Of a DNA stretch of 64,000 nucleotides, positions 26,166 to 39,340 are shown one piece after another. The stretch is from Eledone cirrhosa (taxonomy: Eukaryota), in contig OZ024746.1 in NCBI GenBank assembly GCA_964016885.1, positions 68,386,001-68,450,000 of the forward strand, read 5' to 3'. Both the position numbers and the translations under genes were made by a program. The notes under the pieces were generated by a model, which saw only the letters and a program-made list of their open reading frames with translations, was not told where the DNA came from and did not search any database. The number at the start of each line of letters is the position of its first letter. Position 1 is the first letter of the stretch.

Positions 26166-28191
26166 AAATGAATCTCACATTCTGAACACGTCTAGTTGTA
26201 TGGGAATCAAGAAGACACAGACAACCACTAATTTCCTCTAGTTTACATTCATGAACTATTTAAGTGCATCAATAATGAAAAAAATACTGAAGAATTTCCC
26301 AGTTTTAACAAACTACCATTTATACTCAAATATAAGCCAAGGAATATGACAAAAAAAAAATGATGGTAAAATGGGGTAGGGGGGTCAGTTTATATTCACC
26401 ATCTAAACATAATGTGTTGGGATTTTTGCCCATTTCTCAGATATAAAATAGAGGGGGTTGGCTTATATTCAGATCAGCTTCTATTATAAATATTATAGTA
26501 ATTATAAATCCTCTCAAACAAACAAACAATATTCTTAATTTCAGTCACAATAGTGCTGCCATGCTGGAGCACTGCCATCAAAAATGTTTTAATTACTCTG
26601 TTGATCCCAATAATTTGTCTGGTACATAGTTTATTGATCTTAGAGAAGGACAGTAGATGAATTCAACTGGACTTAATCATTGCTCTTTATTCTTATGAGA
26701 GCTGATCTCAAATTACTGAAACTCACAGTTGAGTTGATGAAGGACTACGATGAATGGAGGGGTGCTTTGCTGGAAAAGACCTGTCCAGCCCATGCAAGCA
26801 TGGAGAAATGGATGTAAAACGACAATGATGAACACTGACACACACACATACACTGACACTCCCTCCGTATATCTATATGCATATATCATATGTGTGCATG
26901 TAGGTGTAATGAGCTTCAGGACAGTTCTGTCTTCTAAACTTCATTCACAAGGCAATTATTGGTGGACCCTGAAGACATTATAAAAGACACTTGCCCAAAG
27001 TAACACACAGTGGGATCAAACCAACTATGAATGACATGTTTAAGGAGTTTGCTTCACAACCACCTGTTCCAGCAAACTTTTTAACCATACAGTCATACAT
27101 GTACCCTAAGGAGATATAGAAAAGCAAAAAATAGAATCGATAGTTTCTGTAACTGTACTCTGATGATGCAAAAGATTCGCAAAAAATGAATCAATTTATC
27201 TTTGTATCCTAATTCTATATGTTGTTCTGGCTATAATTAGACATTAAGGAATTCTTAGTTAAGTGAGCAGTGTTCCAGAGAAAAATAAAAACAATAGGGA
27301 AGAAATAGAAGAATTCTTGTCTAAGAATAATAAATTGTTTGAAGTAGAAACATGGCCAAGGGGTTCTCTGACAAAGATAATGGAACAATAAGATATAAAG
27401 TAGAAAAAGTATAAATAGATGTTAATGGAAGAAGTGAAGGAGGGAAATAGAGGACGCAATGGTATTGATCATCATCATCATCATCACCACCACCACTATC
27501 ATCATCATCACCACTATCGTCATCATCATTTAATGTCTGTTCTCCCTGTTAACAAGGGTTGGATGATAATATATGAAATAATTGGTTGGACTCCTTACTT
27601 GGAATAAACATTAAATTAGGTAATACCTCTTCAAATTACTTGTAAATTTCTGGGGATTAGAAACATAGGGCTCAAGAGATTCCTTAATATTTCTGTTATG
27701 TAAGTGTTATGTGATAGCTAAGTGAATAAGTAAGTAAATAATTTGTAATTTTGGAAGGCTTTGATGCTTTGAAGAGAGAATAAATAGCATATTAGATGCT
27801 TATCTTCAGGTTAGATAAAATAAAGAAAATGGCTATCATCAAAAACAGATTTTTTGATAAGTAGTAAAAGCAGAGGGAATATTAACACAGAAGCAAGATT
27901 TGATAATAACAAGGGTGAATATGAATAAGTTATAACACTCAACATTCTTATCTAGGGAAACAATATATTGAAAAATGAAGAAAGACTATTTGTGATTTAG
28001 GTATGTTGAAATACCTACATTTCATAGTTTGATTCAGCTAAATATCTTATAAATACTGTAGTGACTTAACTGTTGTGACATCATCTCATTTCACCATGCT
28101 TTGCTACAAAGTTGTTCTAACATATTCTTTTGTGTATTGCATGTATAACGTGCACCATCTTTTTACCAGAAAAATGTCTGGAAAGGCCTAG

Positions 28192-28397
28192 TTAACCCGT
28201 TAGCATTTAAACCAGCTGTATCCAACCAGAATTCTCTCACCTCTTTCTGTTCAAACCAGCTGTAACTGGCCACTCATACTGATGTTAAGTTTTGTTCTCA
28301 AAATAAATAACATCAAAATCTCCTAGATTCAATATTATGTGAGATAAAGCCTTTATCATGAAAATACAATAGAGTAATTTAAATGTTAAAGGGTTAA
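28192..28397. mobile_element. piggyBac-like MITE
   Basis: TTAA-CCCGTTAGCATTT...AAATGTTAAAGGG-TTAA. Confidence 0.75.
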
Positions 28398-29852
28398 ACA
28401 GGGAATATTTAGTTATGGTGTATACTCTACACCCCAAAAAACAAACAAGGAAAAGGTGAAAAACTGTGCAGTATACACAGAAGAATAAGGTATGTGACAG
28501 AGAAATTAGGTAAACTTTAAATCCTCTAAATGTTTAGTGGGGGAATATTTGTAGGTGTTTGCAGTTGAAATTTGAAGTACATTTGAAGAATAAGACTTTT
28601 AATGTTTCATTTGGTTCATGGTTCATCTGTTGGTAGGGAAATAATGTCACAAATTTTAGTGGTAGACTCATGGGGGGGGGGGGCGATATCCAGTAATAAA
28701 GGAAAATGTTATATGTTGTTGAATAATATTCCAGATTACAAATGTTTTCTCTACTTGGGAAAACCAAAGGACAAGCTACGAAAAGGAGAGGGTTTTAATA
28801 TGATAGTTGCTTTTTGGCTGTGTTTGATGAAGGATATGTGTAGATCACACAAATTTCGAACCCATATGTGTAATGGTTAAAATAGACCTCACAGGAGCTT
28901 CTTGTTGGAGATAAATCAAGAATTAGCAGAGGTGGCAATTGATGCTGAAGAAAGAGATTCTGATGAGGGTCATCAATGTGATGTGCTTCCAGGGTTTACT
29001 GAAAATTAGTAGATATTAGTTGATAATTAGGACTATCAGATGATATATAGATTACTGGTTTATGGCTAGCTGGTTACAATTAGATCATCATCATCATCAT
29101 TGTTTTTACATCCACTTTCCATGCTGGCTTGGTTGGTCAGTATAGAATGTAGTCACAAAAACGTAACACAAAAATCAACATCATCATCATCAACATCACC
29201 TTTTAAGTCTCCTTTCCATGCTTGCATGGATTAAATGGGTTATCACATACTGAGGCTAGACAAGTCATATGAACATGCCTTGCATGTATATGCCATTTTT
29301 GGCTTGGTTTCTATGGCTGGGTGCCTTTCCTAACACCAACTACTTCATAGCATGTACTGGAAACATTTTATAATGACTCTGGTACTACCACTTGACAGGG
29401 TGGACTAGGTGCTTTTTGTCAGAGCACCAGCACTACCACTTAATAAGGTATTAAACTGCTTGTATTCTTAAACACAATAAAAATAAAATTTTTCCCCAGA
29501 AAGCAAAACAAGGTGCAAGGAGATCACATTGCAATCAACTGGAGGTGATATTTACAACACATTAAAGAAGAAGCAATCCATGAGCACAGCTGATGAATAC
29601 TTGTCCCATCTACTGACTATCATCAGCCTTAAGTATGGAAGGCTATCAAAGATAAAATTAAAACTTAATATACTCATTATAGAAATGAAAGAAATCAGAG
29701 TAGCATTCAAGGAGAGTCTTTTCATCTAAATGTGTCATTGTTGAAGGTGTGATCATTGATAACTGATGTGAAACAAAAATACACCAATATCATCACATGG
29801 TTGATTGACACATATGGCCTTACAAAAATATATTTAATACTAATCTATTCCT

Positions 29853-30081
29853 TTAACACCTTAGCATTTAAATCAGCTCTATCCAGCCAGAATTCTCTCA
29901 CCTCTATCAGTTCAAACTGGCTGTAACTGGCCACTCATACTTACGTTAAGGTATTGTTCTCAAAATAAATGATATCAAAATCTCATAGATTCAATATTGT
30001 GTGTGATAATTATGTGAGATAAAGCTTTTACTGTGAAAATACAATAGTAAATATAGAATAATGTAAATACTAAAGGGTTAG
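29853..30081. mobile_element. piggyBac-like MITE
   Basis: Same family as 28192 and 46965, with diverged termini. Confidence 0.7.
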
Positions 30082-30261
30082 TCCTTTTTAAGATGGACAG
30101 CAATATAGAACTTTCTCACTTGCTCCTTCAGCCTCATCCTCTTTGGCACACATTACAGTTAGGATGCAGAAGATTCAAAACTAACCTGATTTGAAGAATA
30201 TATTGTACATTATGAAACTTAGTAATATATTGTGTTATTTTAATTATATTCATCAACATCA

Positions 30262-30600
30262 TGGAGGCACATGGCTTAGTGGTTAGAGCATTGGCCTTGC
30301 AATCGAAAGGTTGTGAGTTCAATTCTCAGACCGGGTGATGTGTTGTTTCCTTGAGCAAGACACTTTATTTCACATTGCTCCAGTTTACTCAGCTGTAGAA
30401 ATGAGATGATAGGACTGGGGTCCCTATCATTCCACTGCAAAGTGGTCGTGGAGGTGCCACGACAAAAAAGCACCCAGCACTCACTGTAAATGAGGTTGGT
30501 GTTAGGAAGGGTATCCAGCTGTAGAAATCAAGCCAGAATCAGTTCCCGTCCCACCCTTGCAAGCAGGGAAAAAGTGGACGTAAAATGAAATGAATGAATG
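30262..30600 (+). mobile_element. SINE family B
   Basis: Near-identical to 18340-18683. Confidence 0.9.
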
Positions 30601-31460
30601 AATCATAATCATCATTTAATGTCCATATTCCATGCTCCATGGGATAGACATGTTTCATAAAATATCATGTTATGAAACAGGTCAGGTCTAGAGACCATAT
30701 TTTGCTCATATGGGTCTGTATTTTGGCTTGATTTCTATGACTGTATACCCTTCCTAACACCAAACATGTTACAGTGTGGACTGTATTTGATATTCAATGA
30801 TATACATCATCAGTATTCACATTTGTATAGAAGAAAAGAAAGTATTCAATAATGAAAGTATATTCTATAAAACATAAGTATTCTATAATTAATGTATTTA
30901 CATTCTTAGTTATATATTGGCTACTGTTCCTTTGATGACACCCAATCGAGACATGCTTGACCATGAAATGGCCACAACAGTTTAGATATTTCATTGTTAT
31001 AAAAATCTGACATACAATACAGTTGTAATGTTGCAGTTAAATACTAAGTTATTGCATTCATTACTGACTCCAGGTTAAATCTCTATTTTCTCACCAATAT
31101 TTTCATTACACAAAACAAAGAGATGAAAGATCACCAAAATACTGTTGGACAGGAGAGAAATATTGATAAGAGTTTAAAAAGTCAACAGTTTATCTAAGTA
31201 ATCATTTCACTTGCCAAAACTTAAAGGAAAATTGAAGTAACCTAAAACAAAGAAGTTATTCATTCATTTAAAAAACAAAATTGTTTCTACATCAGTCAAT
31301 CTATGTAAGTATGGAAAAAAAGGGACGTATCGTAATGTTGATCATCATCATTTCACTGTAAGCTGGCAAATATTAATGCTATTTTGAAGTTTAAGTTCTA
31401 CAAATAAATATTTAATGTATATATGTGTGTATGTGCACACACATATGTATATATATATAT

Positions 31461-32106
31461 ATCATCATCATCATCATCGTTTAACGTCCATATTCCACGC
31501 TTGCATGGGTTTGGACAGGTGTTTTCCCACTTGAGGCAAGAGTGGTTGTCTTGCTCGCATAGGACTGTCTGGCGGGTTTTCTACGGCTGGATGCCCTTCC
31601 TAACACCAACCACATTTACAGTGTGGAACTGGGAGGTTTTTACCGTGTTACCTACACAGCTACATTACAGCGTGGACTGTGTTTTTTTGTCGTGACATCT
31701 ACACGACCTCATTTGTTTCGGGCAGGATGTTGTGGTACCAACATAACTTTACATTGAAAGGGGTGGTGTGGATGGGGTGGGGATAGAGAGATGGGGTGTG
31801 TATTATGTTAGAGGTGCCTACTGACTGTAGTAGGTTTCACTTTGTACTTAGGTAAGGCGGGTCTTCTCTATTACTGTGTAGCGCCAAAGCTCTCGGTCCA
31901 GTGACATTGTCTTGGAGAGGTGTAAGTGTGTGAGGTCGGAATTTATCAAGTCGTCCCAGGTTTTTCTGGGTCTGCCTACTCCGTGGCTACCGTCTATTTT
32001 TATTGCCCTGCACTTTTTTATACAGCTGTCGTCTTTCATGCGCATCACGTGACCATACCAACGTAGCCTTCTCTTGAGTAAACAACATCTGATCCCTCTT
32101 ATTTCT
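31461..32106 (-). mobile_element. 3' fragment of RTE LINE
   Basis: Closely similar to 23585-24223 in reverse orientation. Confidence 0.92.
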
Positions 32107-32522
32107 AATATATATATATATTTAGTGTGTGTGGGGAGTTTCAATCAGGGGTAACCACAGTAAGTAAGGTACTCAATATATAGCAGAGTATAAATATTCA
32201 ATATAAAAATAGCTCCTAGAGGACTAGAACTGTTTCTTTTGAAGGAAATGAACAGTACAAGTACTGCTTTGTGTTTGACATAAATAGCAATTGTTATAAG
32301 TTCTTATAAGGGTACTTATCAGTTGATAAGTCAACTATTTGTGTGGAGAATAACAGTGTTTTTACACTTGTTCCTTTTCACAAAACTTATAATTTCAAAC
32401 TGTATTTGATCAATCCATGCAAGCATGGAAAAATGGACGTAAAAACCGTGATGATGATGATGATGATTTATGCCTTTATTAAATTTGTCTTGTCTTAGAT
32501 TTTCTAATATATAGTGTTATAC

Positions 32523-32586
<64 letters not shown>

Positions 32587-33401
32587 TGTCTGTTTTTGCA
32601 TCAATGTTTATATGCATGTTCGCACACTTCTCTCTATAAAATAATTAGTTCCTTTGACTTGAATGAGGCCAATCTTGCAATCAATATAATTGATTGATTC
32701 AGATGTAATATCTTATTGGTACTCATTTTATTAACTGAGAAGGAAAGAAAGGCAAAGTCAATCTTTAAGCTGAAAAATCTCAGAACTGCCAAAAAACTGA
32801 ACCAAGATATTATAAATCATCTATATTGCCTTATTACTAACTCTGCAAAAGAAAGCTACGTTTGGGAATAACTCAAGGAATTTGCATCTTAAAGTGTTTT
32901 GGAATAAATAGAAAAAAATGTATGTTTGTGTATAAATGATTTATTTTCAAAAAGAAAAATAGAGAAGAAAAAATAATTTGAAAAACCTCACAGAAACTAA
33001 AATTATTTATATTCTTTTCATTTATTTGAAAGCAGAACAGTAACTACATGTGAAGATGATGTATTCTCAAATTATACATTACGGGTTCAAGCCTTTCTAT
33101 AGGTAATATATTATGTCCTAATATCAGGGGTAAGATTAAAGTTTGTGCCCTCCAGAACAATCCTTGGGTTTTCCACACCTTGACAAAAATATAATACAAT
33201 AAACCAAAACATCCTCCCTCCCAAAGTGTTACCCAGAGGGGTGGTGATACTCAAGACTCCCTTTAGCTATGTTACTGCCTATTATGTTGATAGGAAAGTA
33301 GATTGGCAGAGCCATTAGTGCATTGGACAAATGCTTAGCAGTCATATGTCATCACCTTTTCTTTAGCTTATGTTAACATGGGAGGTCTAGCAGAGTAAGA
33401 T

Positions 33402-33595
33402 AATAATTGTTTCTACTTTTGGCACAAGGCCAGCAATTACCCAGTACATTACTGGTACTTTATTTTATCGACCCCGTAAGGATGAAAGGCAAAGTTAACC
33501 TCGGCGTGATTTGAACTCAGACCGTAAAGGGACGTAACTATGCTGGAAAGCATGGCGTACGACTCTCTACCAATACTGCCAATCCTCCACCGCTG
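33402..33595 (-). mobile_element. SINE family A
   Basis: Full-length reverse copy; GAGTWAGATAATAAT flanks resemble a TSD. Confidence 0.88.
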
Positions 33596-36500
33596 AGTTA
33601 GATAATAATAATGTTTATAGATGTTTACATGATGACAATGATAATGAGAACAATTCTTTTACAATATCTGAGATTTGTAGCTATCAAGAGTTGATAAAAT
33701 AAAGAACTAGTCAAATACGGGGGTTGATACGGGCCTTGTGCATAAATTAAAAATCAATATTATCTGTCCCATTATCAGTATTCTCCCAAGTGGTTCTTTA
33801 TTTCATTGCTTGTCAGGAGAAAGGATAGGAAATAGGAAAGGAAATACGTTATCCCTATTTTAAAGACCTGGCCCAAATATTTTGCAATAGAATCTATCCA
33901 TGGTCCTGTAACTCCTAGATGTAAACAAATGACACATCCAGAAGCATGAAATAAGAGTGAAGTTTTGAAAGTGTGTTTTGCTTTTTGGAAAGCTACTACA
34001 ATGGAAGAGATTTTTTATTACAAAATAGTAAAATTTATATAAGTCTGTCAACAAAAAGTAATGGTAAAAATGCTTGAGTTACATGAAGTATAAATAGAGT
34101 TTCACAGTCTGAACACGGAGAGTGGGAAAAGTTTGATATTTCAAGACCAATCTCCCTTTAGAGGTGTTCAGATCAAAATATGTCTGTTACATTCACCAGG
34201 CTGGCTTATAAATAGAGTCCAATTCAACTGTATTGTCATAGTTTGCTCCAAAAGGCATCAGTTGAGGCTATAGCAGTTCTCTCCTTTGTTTGCTTCTCAT
34301 TATCTGAGCAACCATAAAGGAAGTTTAGACCAGGAAAATTGTGAGAATAGTCTCAGTTTGATTAAGTTTTTTCCCACTTGTTATATTCAGCCTGCAAATC
34401 TATTCATCTATTTGCACTACACTCCATGTGGAGAACTTCCCTCAGGCATTTTTACTTCTACCATTTGTTGACACACATAAGTGCATACTTGTTATCTTCT
34501 TTCCTGTATCTATTTTGTTGTTCTCAGCTAACAAACTTATGATTTGCTGAGGAGATCCAATAAGATCAAAACATGTCCATTGATTTCACGAAGTTGATTA
34601 ATAGACAAGGTTCACTCCCACTACATTGTCTTAAATCATTTCAAAAGACTCAGGCTGTAGGAGTTCTTTCCCTCACTTACTTCATATTATCAGAAACTCC
34701 TCCAAAGGGAGTTTCAGACTTGAAATTGTAAGTATAGTCACAGTTTTTCTCACTCACCATATTCATGTAGCTTGAATCTATTTGTGTGTGTATTTTTAAA
34801 TCTATAGAGAGGGTTATTTTATTGATTTTAAACTCTGTTAGACCAAATTCTGCTGCTATACTAGAAATATGTGCTTTCATTTATGTTAAATATTTGAAGA
34901 GCAAAGCAATGTAGTTTTTGAATGCCAGACTTCATTAGCTTTTGACATCATTTCAATTTAGAATTTTCTCAAGACCTTTTCAATGAAATACTTGATAGAC
35001 GACAAGAAACAGAGAAACAACTGGCTCAGGGCTAGTGTAATTTTTTTTTTAACTTTAGTCTTTGAAATGTAAACATCTCAAAGACTTTAGAAAGTGAATT
35101 ACCCTTTGTTATATTCTTGTTCTTCAAAAAATAATAATAATAATTAAAAATGATTTAAAGAAACATAAAAGATCTCCAATTTCAGCCAGCATTAAATTAA
35201 TGCTTCCCTACCCAGTAATAATTATGACATCAAAAGGTAATTATTTCTTAAAAAATTATTCCATTTTATTCATTCATCAAATGTTTAATTATCTTTTAGT
35301 TTAAAATCTTTAACGAGACAAAACCATTCAGATTTTTCTTGTATTTCAAATTATTTTTTTCTATATAATTATACATCATGTTCTGTTTATATAGAAAGTA
35401 TGTTTCAAATTGAACTATATTTAGTGTTCCGTTTTGAAATTAATCTTACTGTTCTGTTATTTAAAGATTATTGATATTTGATAGACAGTGCAGTTTTTTT
35501 TTATTATTTATTTAAATACTTTAATTTAATGTAGTGATGTATAGAGTTACTTCTGAACTGTGTCTTCTAAAAGAAATTTAACTCTGTTAAGTGATCCAGT
35601 CTGCCTGGTTAACATCAAGCAATGAGGGAGCTTCTTTATGGTTGCTCAATCTGCAACATATCACAGTCAAATCTTCCCCATATTGTTCTCAGTGTTGGAA
35701 AAGGAAGGACATATTGGTCAATAGTCCTTAGTAAACAAAAGGACAGGCTGGCCAGAGTGAATAACTTTGATTATAGTTCTGCTTAATCAAGATTCACTCA
35801 GCACTAAACAATAAGTTGAAATGAGTCAACAAGGAAGCCCTTACATGGCCACTAGACTTAGTAGAAATAATACCCAAATACCCTAAAACCGTACCCAACT
35901 GCTTTAGAAAATATAATCCTAAATACACAAATAGATGATACAATGACACCTAGAAAACTTTTCACTTCGGTCTACTCAATCACAGCTAACCAAAGTTAAA
36001 AATAGTCATCTAGCAGACCAAGTAGAAATAACAGCCAAATATTCCTCAAATAACATGCTACTATTTTTCAAAAGAAAGAACACATTAAATAATGCAGTCA
36101 TAGAAACATTATGTCTGGGAAAAAGAGGATTTGGTGATCACATCTGGAATACCTTTACTCAGTGATCTTCTCAAATAAGGTTGACCTAGGGCTAAACAAC
36201 AATGTCTACTACATTAATAAGCATGACTTCTCAATAAATATTCCTCTTAACAATTCAACGGCAAACCCCTTCTATGTTTTCTACCTAACTTCTCCTGTAT
36301 TCTACCTTAGAAAATCAAATCGAAAGAAAAATTAGAAAAGATATATATATGGTGTTAATGTATAAAGAAGTGTGAAATTGGTTATGATGTAAGAAACTAG
36401 AGATAATTCAGACAAATTGAGTGCAGGAAATTTGATTTAAAATATCTATCAGCAAGAATATGGGAGCAAGACATGGTCCCCGAATCTAAGAGGGCAGTAA

Positions 36501-37039
36501 CTCTGAATTGAATTGAATTAGACCATGATGACCCATCCAACTTATGCCAATATGGAAAAAAGAATGTAAACATAATGATGATGAAGATAATGAAGACTGA
36601 TTACAGGGTAAAGGCATGATTTTGGAGAGAATTTATTGTGTATTTCTTTTATTCTCATGAAAATTAACAATATTGGAAGGTAGAGTATATTGTAATCAAA
36701 AGGATAGATAAAATATGTCATTAACAAAGATAGAATGTTTATATACTTCTGATTAGATGTAAGATGGCATTACTATTGTTGTTGTATAGTCTATATACAT
36801 TCCCCTACTTCCTTATCTACACTTATCTTACCTCTTCACTTTCATCCTTTCTCAACATATGACCCAACCATTGCATTTCATTTCTCTTCACAACATTCAC
36901 CACTGTTTCTATTTCTATCTTGTAATTTCTGTAATTATCTGTAATTCATTGTTTGTAATTCATATATTCTGTAAATATCTGTAATTCATTGTTTGTCTTC
37001 CTCTTTCTCACGGATATCCTAGTCATCCTTCTATGCTAC

Positions 37040-37470
37040 TGTATTTTCATCACCCATGTCTCATTCCCATAAATCATGGCAATTCTCACACATAGAGCAT
37101 ACACCTTTTCCTTCAGTTTCACTGCTACTCCCCTCTTTATTAGTACACCACTCAGATCTCTGGAACTTCTTTCATTTACACCTCACTCTAGCTGCTATCA
37201 CTGAGTCCAATCCACCTCCATTCAACATGTCCCTCGGTAACATGAAATGGTCACACCATTCCCAAGATCCAACACAACACCCTCTCCATCTGTAGCTCCT
37301 CCTATACAAACTTTATATTTAAATGGAGCACTACATTATTTTATAATCCTTTCACAGCATTACATTTTCAATGTATCCATCCATCATATACCATATACAT
37401 TTAATAGAATCTCCTCCAACACTCTTCCTGCACAGAATATACACAGCCTTCATTGAACAGACATATAAGC
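37040..37470 (-). mobile_element. old RTE-derived fragment
   Basis: Reverse homology to 43240-43480. Confidence 0.45.
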
Positions 37471-37967
37471 TATCACTTTTCCTTTAGTTTTTGTTTACAT
37501 GCATGTCAAGCTGAGTTGAATAATAATGTTTCTCTCTCTCTGGTTAGAGAATTGGATTTGCCGTCGTAAGGTTGAGAGTTTGATTCCTTGACTGGGTGAT
37601 GTGTTATGTCCTTGAGCAAGACACTTTGTTTCACATTGCTCTTTCTGCCAGGAGTTGTGACCAGTAGATAGTATCAGCAATGAAAATACCAATGGAAATA
37701 TTGTTTCCTTGACCCAGTTTGACAAGTTCCACCTCATTCAGTAAGCGAATGTGATCTGGGATCTTGTCGATTGATGTCAACTTAACATTTCATCCCTCTG
37801 AGTAAATTAAGTACCAATCATATTGAAATCAATTCAATTAAACATATTCATCCCCTACAGATTGTAATATTTTGATAAACTGTGATTATCCATATTTAGG
37901 CAGTGGATTTGTAGACAGACCTGTCCAATCCTTGCTATCAAGGATGGCAGACATTAAAATAATAATG

Positions 37968-38128
37968 ATAATTGTTTCTACTTTTGGCACAAGGCCAGCA
38001 ATTATCCAGTACATTAATGGTACTTTATTTTATTGACCCCGTAAGGATGAAAGGCAAAGTTAACCATGGCGGGTTTTGAACTCAGTCCGTAAAGAGATGT
38101 AACTGTGCTGTAAAGCATAGCGTCCGAC
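37968..38128 (-). mobile_element. SINE family A
   Basis: Family A sequence; an older plus-strand relative follows at ~38130-38320. Confidence 0.82.
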
Positions 38129-39123
38129 TGGATTGGCAGAATCTTTGGAGTATTAGACAAAATCCTTTGCAGTATTTATGTTTTATGATCTGAGTTCAAG
38201 TTTCAGCAGAGTCAACTTTGCATTCATGCAAAAATATAACCAGTCAAATACTGGTGTCAATATAATCAACTTTGCGCTCCCACAAAATTTCTGTCTTTGT
38301 AACTATGTTAGAAACCAATATTATATCCATATTTAAAATGGGTCCAACCCATACTAACAGAGAAAAAGAGACTTTAAATAATGATAATGATGATGATTAA
38401 AATATATTTTCTTATGTGTTTTCCAGGTTTATATAGAATGGATTATTCAGTAAACTTTAACATTTTCTCAAACTGAAGTTCCTGTCAAATTAAACCACTT
38501 AACCGTGAATACAGAATAGAAGTGCATATTTTCAACTAGACAAATCAATTTGTCTTGACGACAATATCCTAGTCATTCGTCTAATATTCAGATAGATTTT
38601 GATTAAGGAAGTATAAATAAATACAAGATGCTATAAGAATCCTTTCACTCTAACATTTTGTTGCCTTTCGTACAAGGTATTATGTATTCCAGTTCCAAAT
38701 AATATAATCATCATATAGTGATATTTCTATGTTGCTATAAGCATCTCTGAGGAAATCAACCCTTTCACAGAAAAGTTAGCAAAATTCTTTTACTACCCAA
38801 CAGTGTCCATCACAAGTCTGATGCTAACCAACTTCTAGATGAGATCTATTTTTATACATATCTATTTATCAGGGTTTCTAATTAGATGAAGAAAATTCAA
38901 CAGGAAGAAAAGAAAAATGAAAGGTCAACTTGCTAAAGAAGGTTGTTTTTTCTCCAACTATGAAGGAAATTCCAATTGAGAATTTTTTTGCACACATCAA
39001 TCAGTATGTCACTTCTAAATGTATTTGGCATTGGCTCACTTGAGTTATTTCTCTTGACTCATTTTGTTTTTAATACTTTTGATATTGCCTAAAACTGCCC
39101 TTGATTCTATAATACATAGCTCT

Positions 39124-39340
39124 TTAACCCTTTTAATTACTCTATATATACTATTGTATTTTGGCTGTAAAGGTTTCATCTCGCATATCACACATAATAT
39201 CGAATCTACAGGATTTTGATATTATTTATTTTGAGAACAATAATTTAACATCGGTATGAGTGACTGGTTACGACTGGATTGAACAGAAATAGGTGAGAGA
39301 ATTCTGGCTAGATATGGCCAGTTAAAATGCTAAAGGGTAA
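39124..39340. mobile_element. piggyBac-like MITE
   Basis: TTAA-CCCTTT...TGCTAAAGGG; opposite orientation to 46965. Confidence 0.7.

Noticed and set aside
27161-27195. CTGATGA-containing HHR-like traces (also ~39627 and ~48865-48910)
   Set aside because: GAAA or the stems are missing; too degenerate to call.
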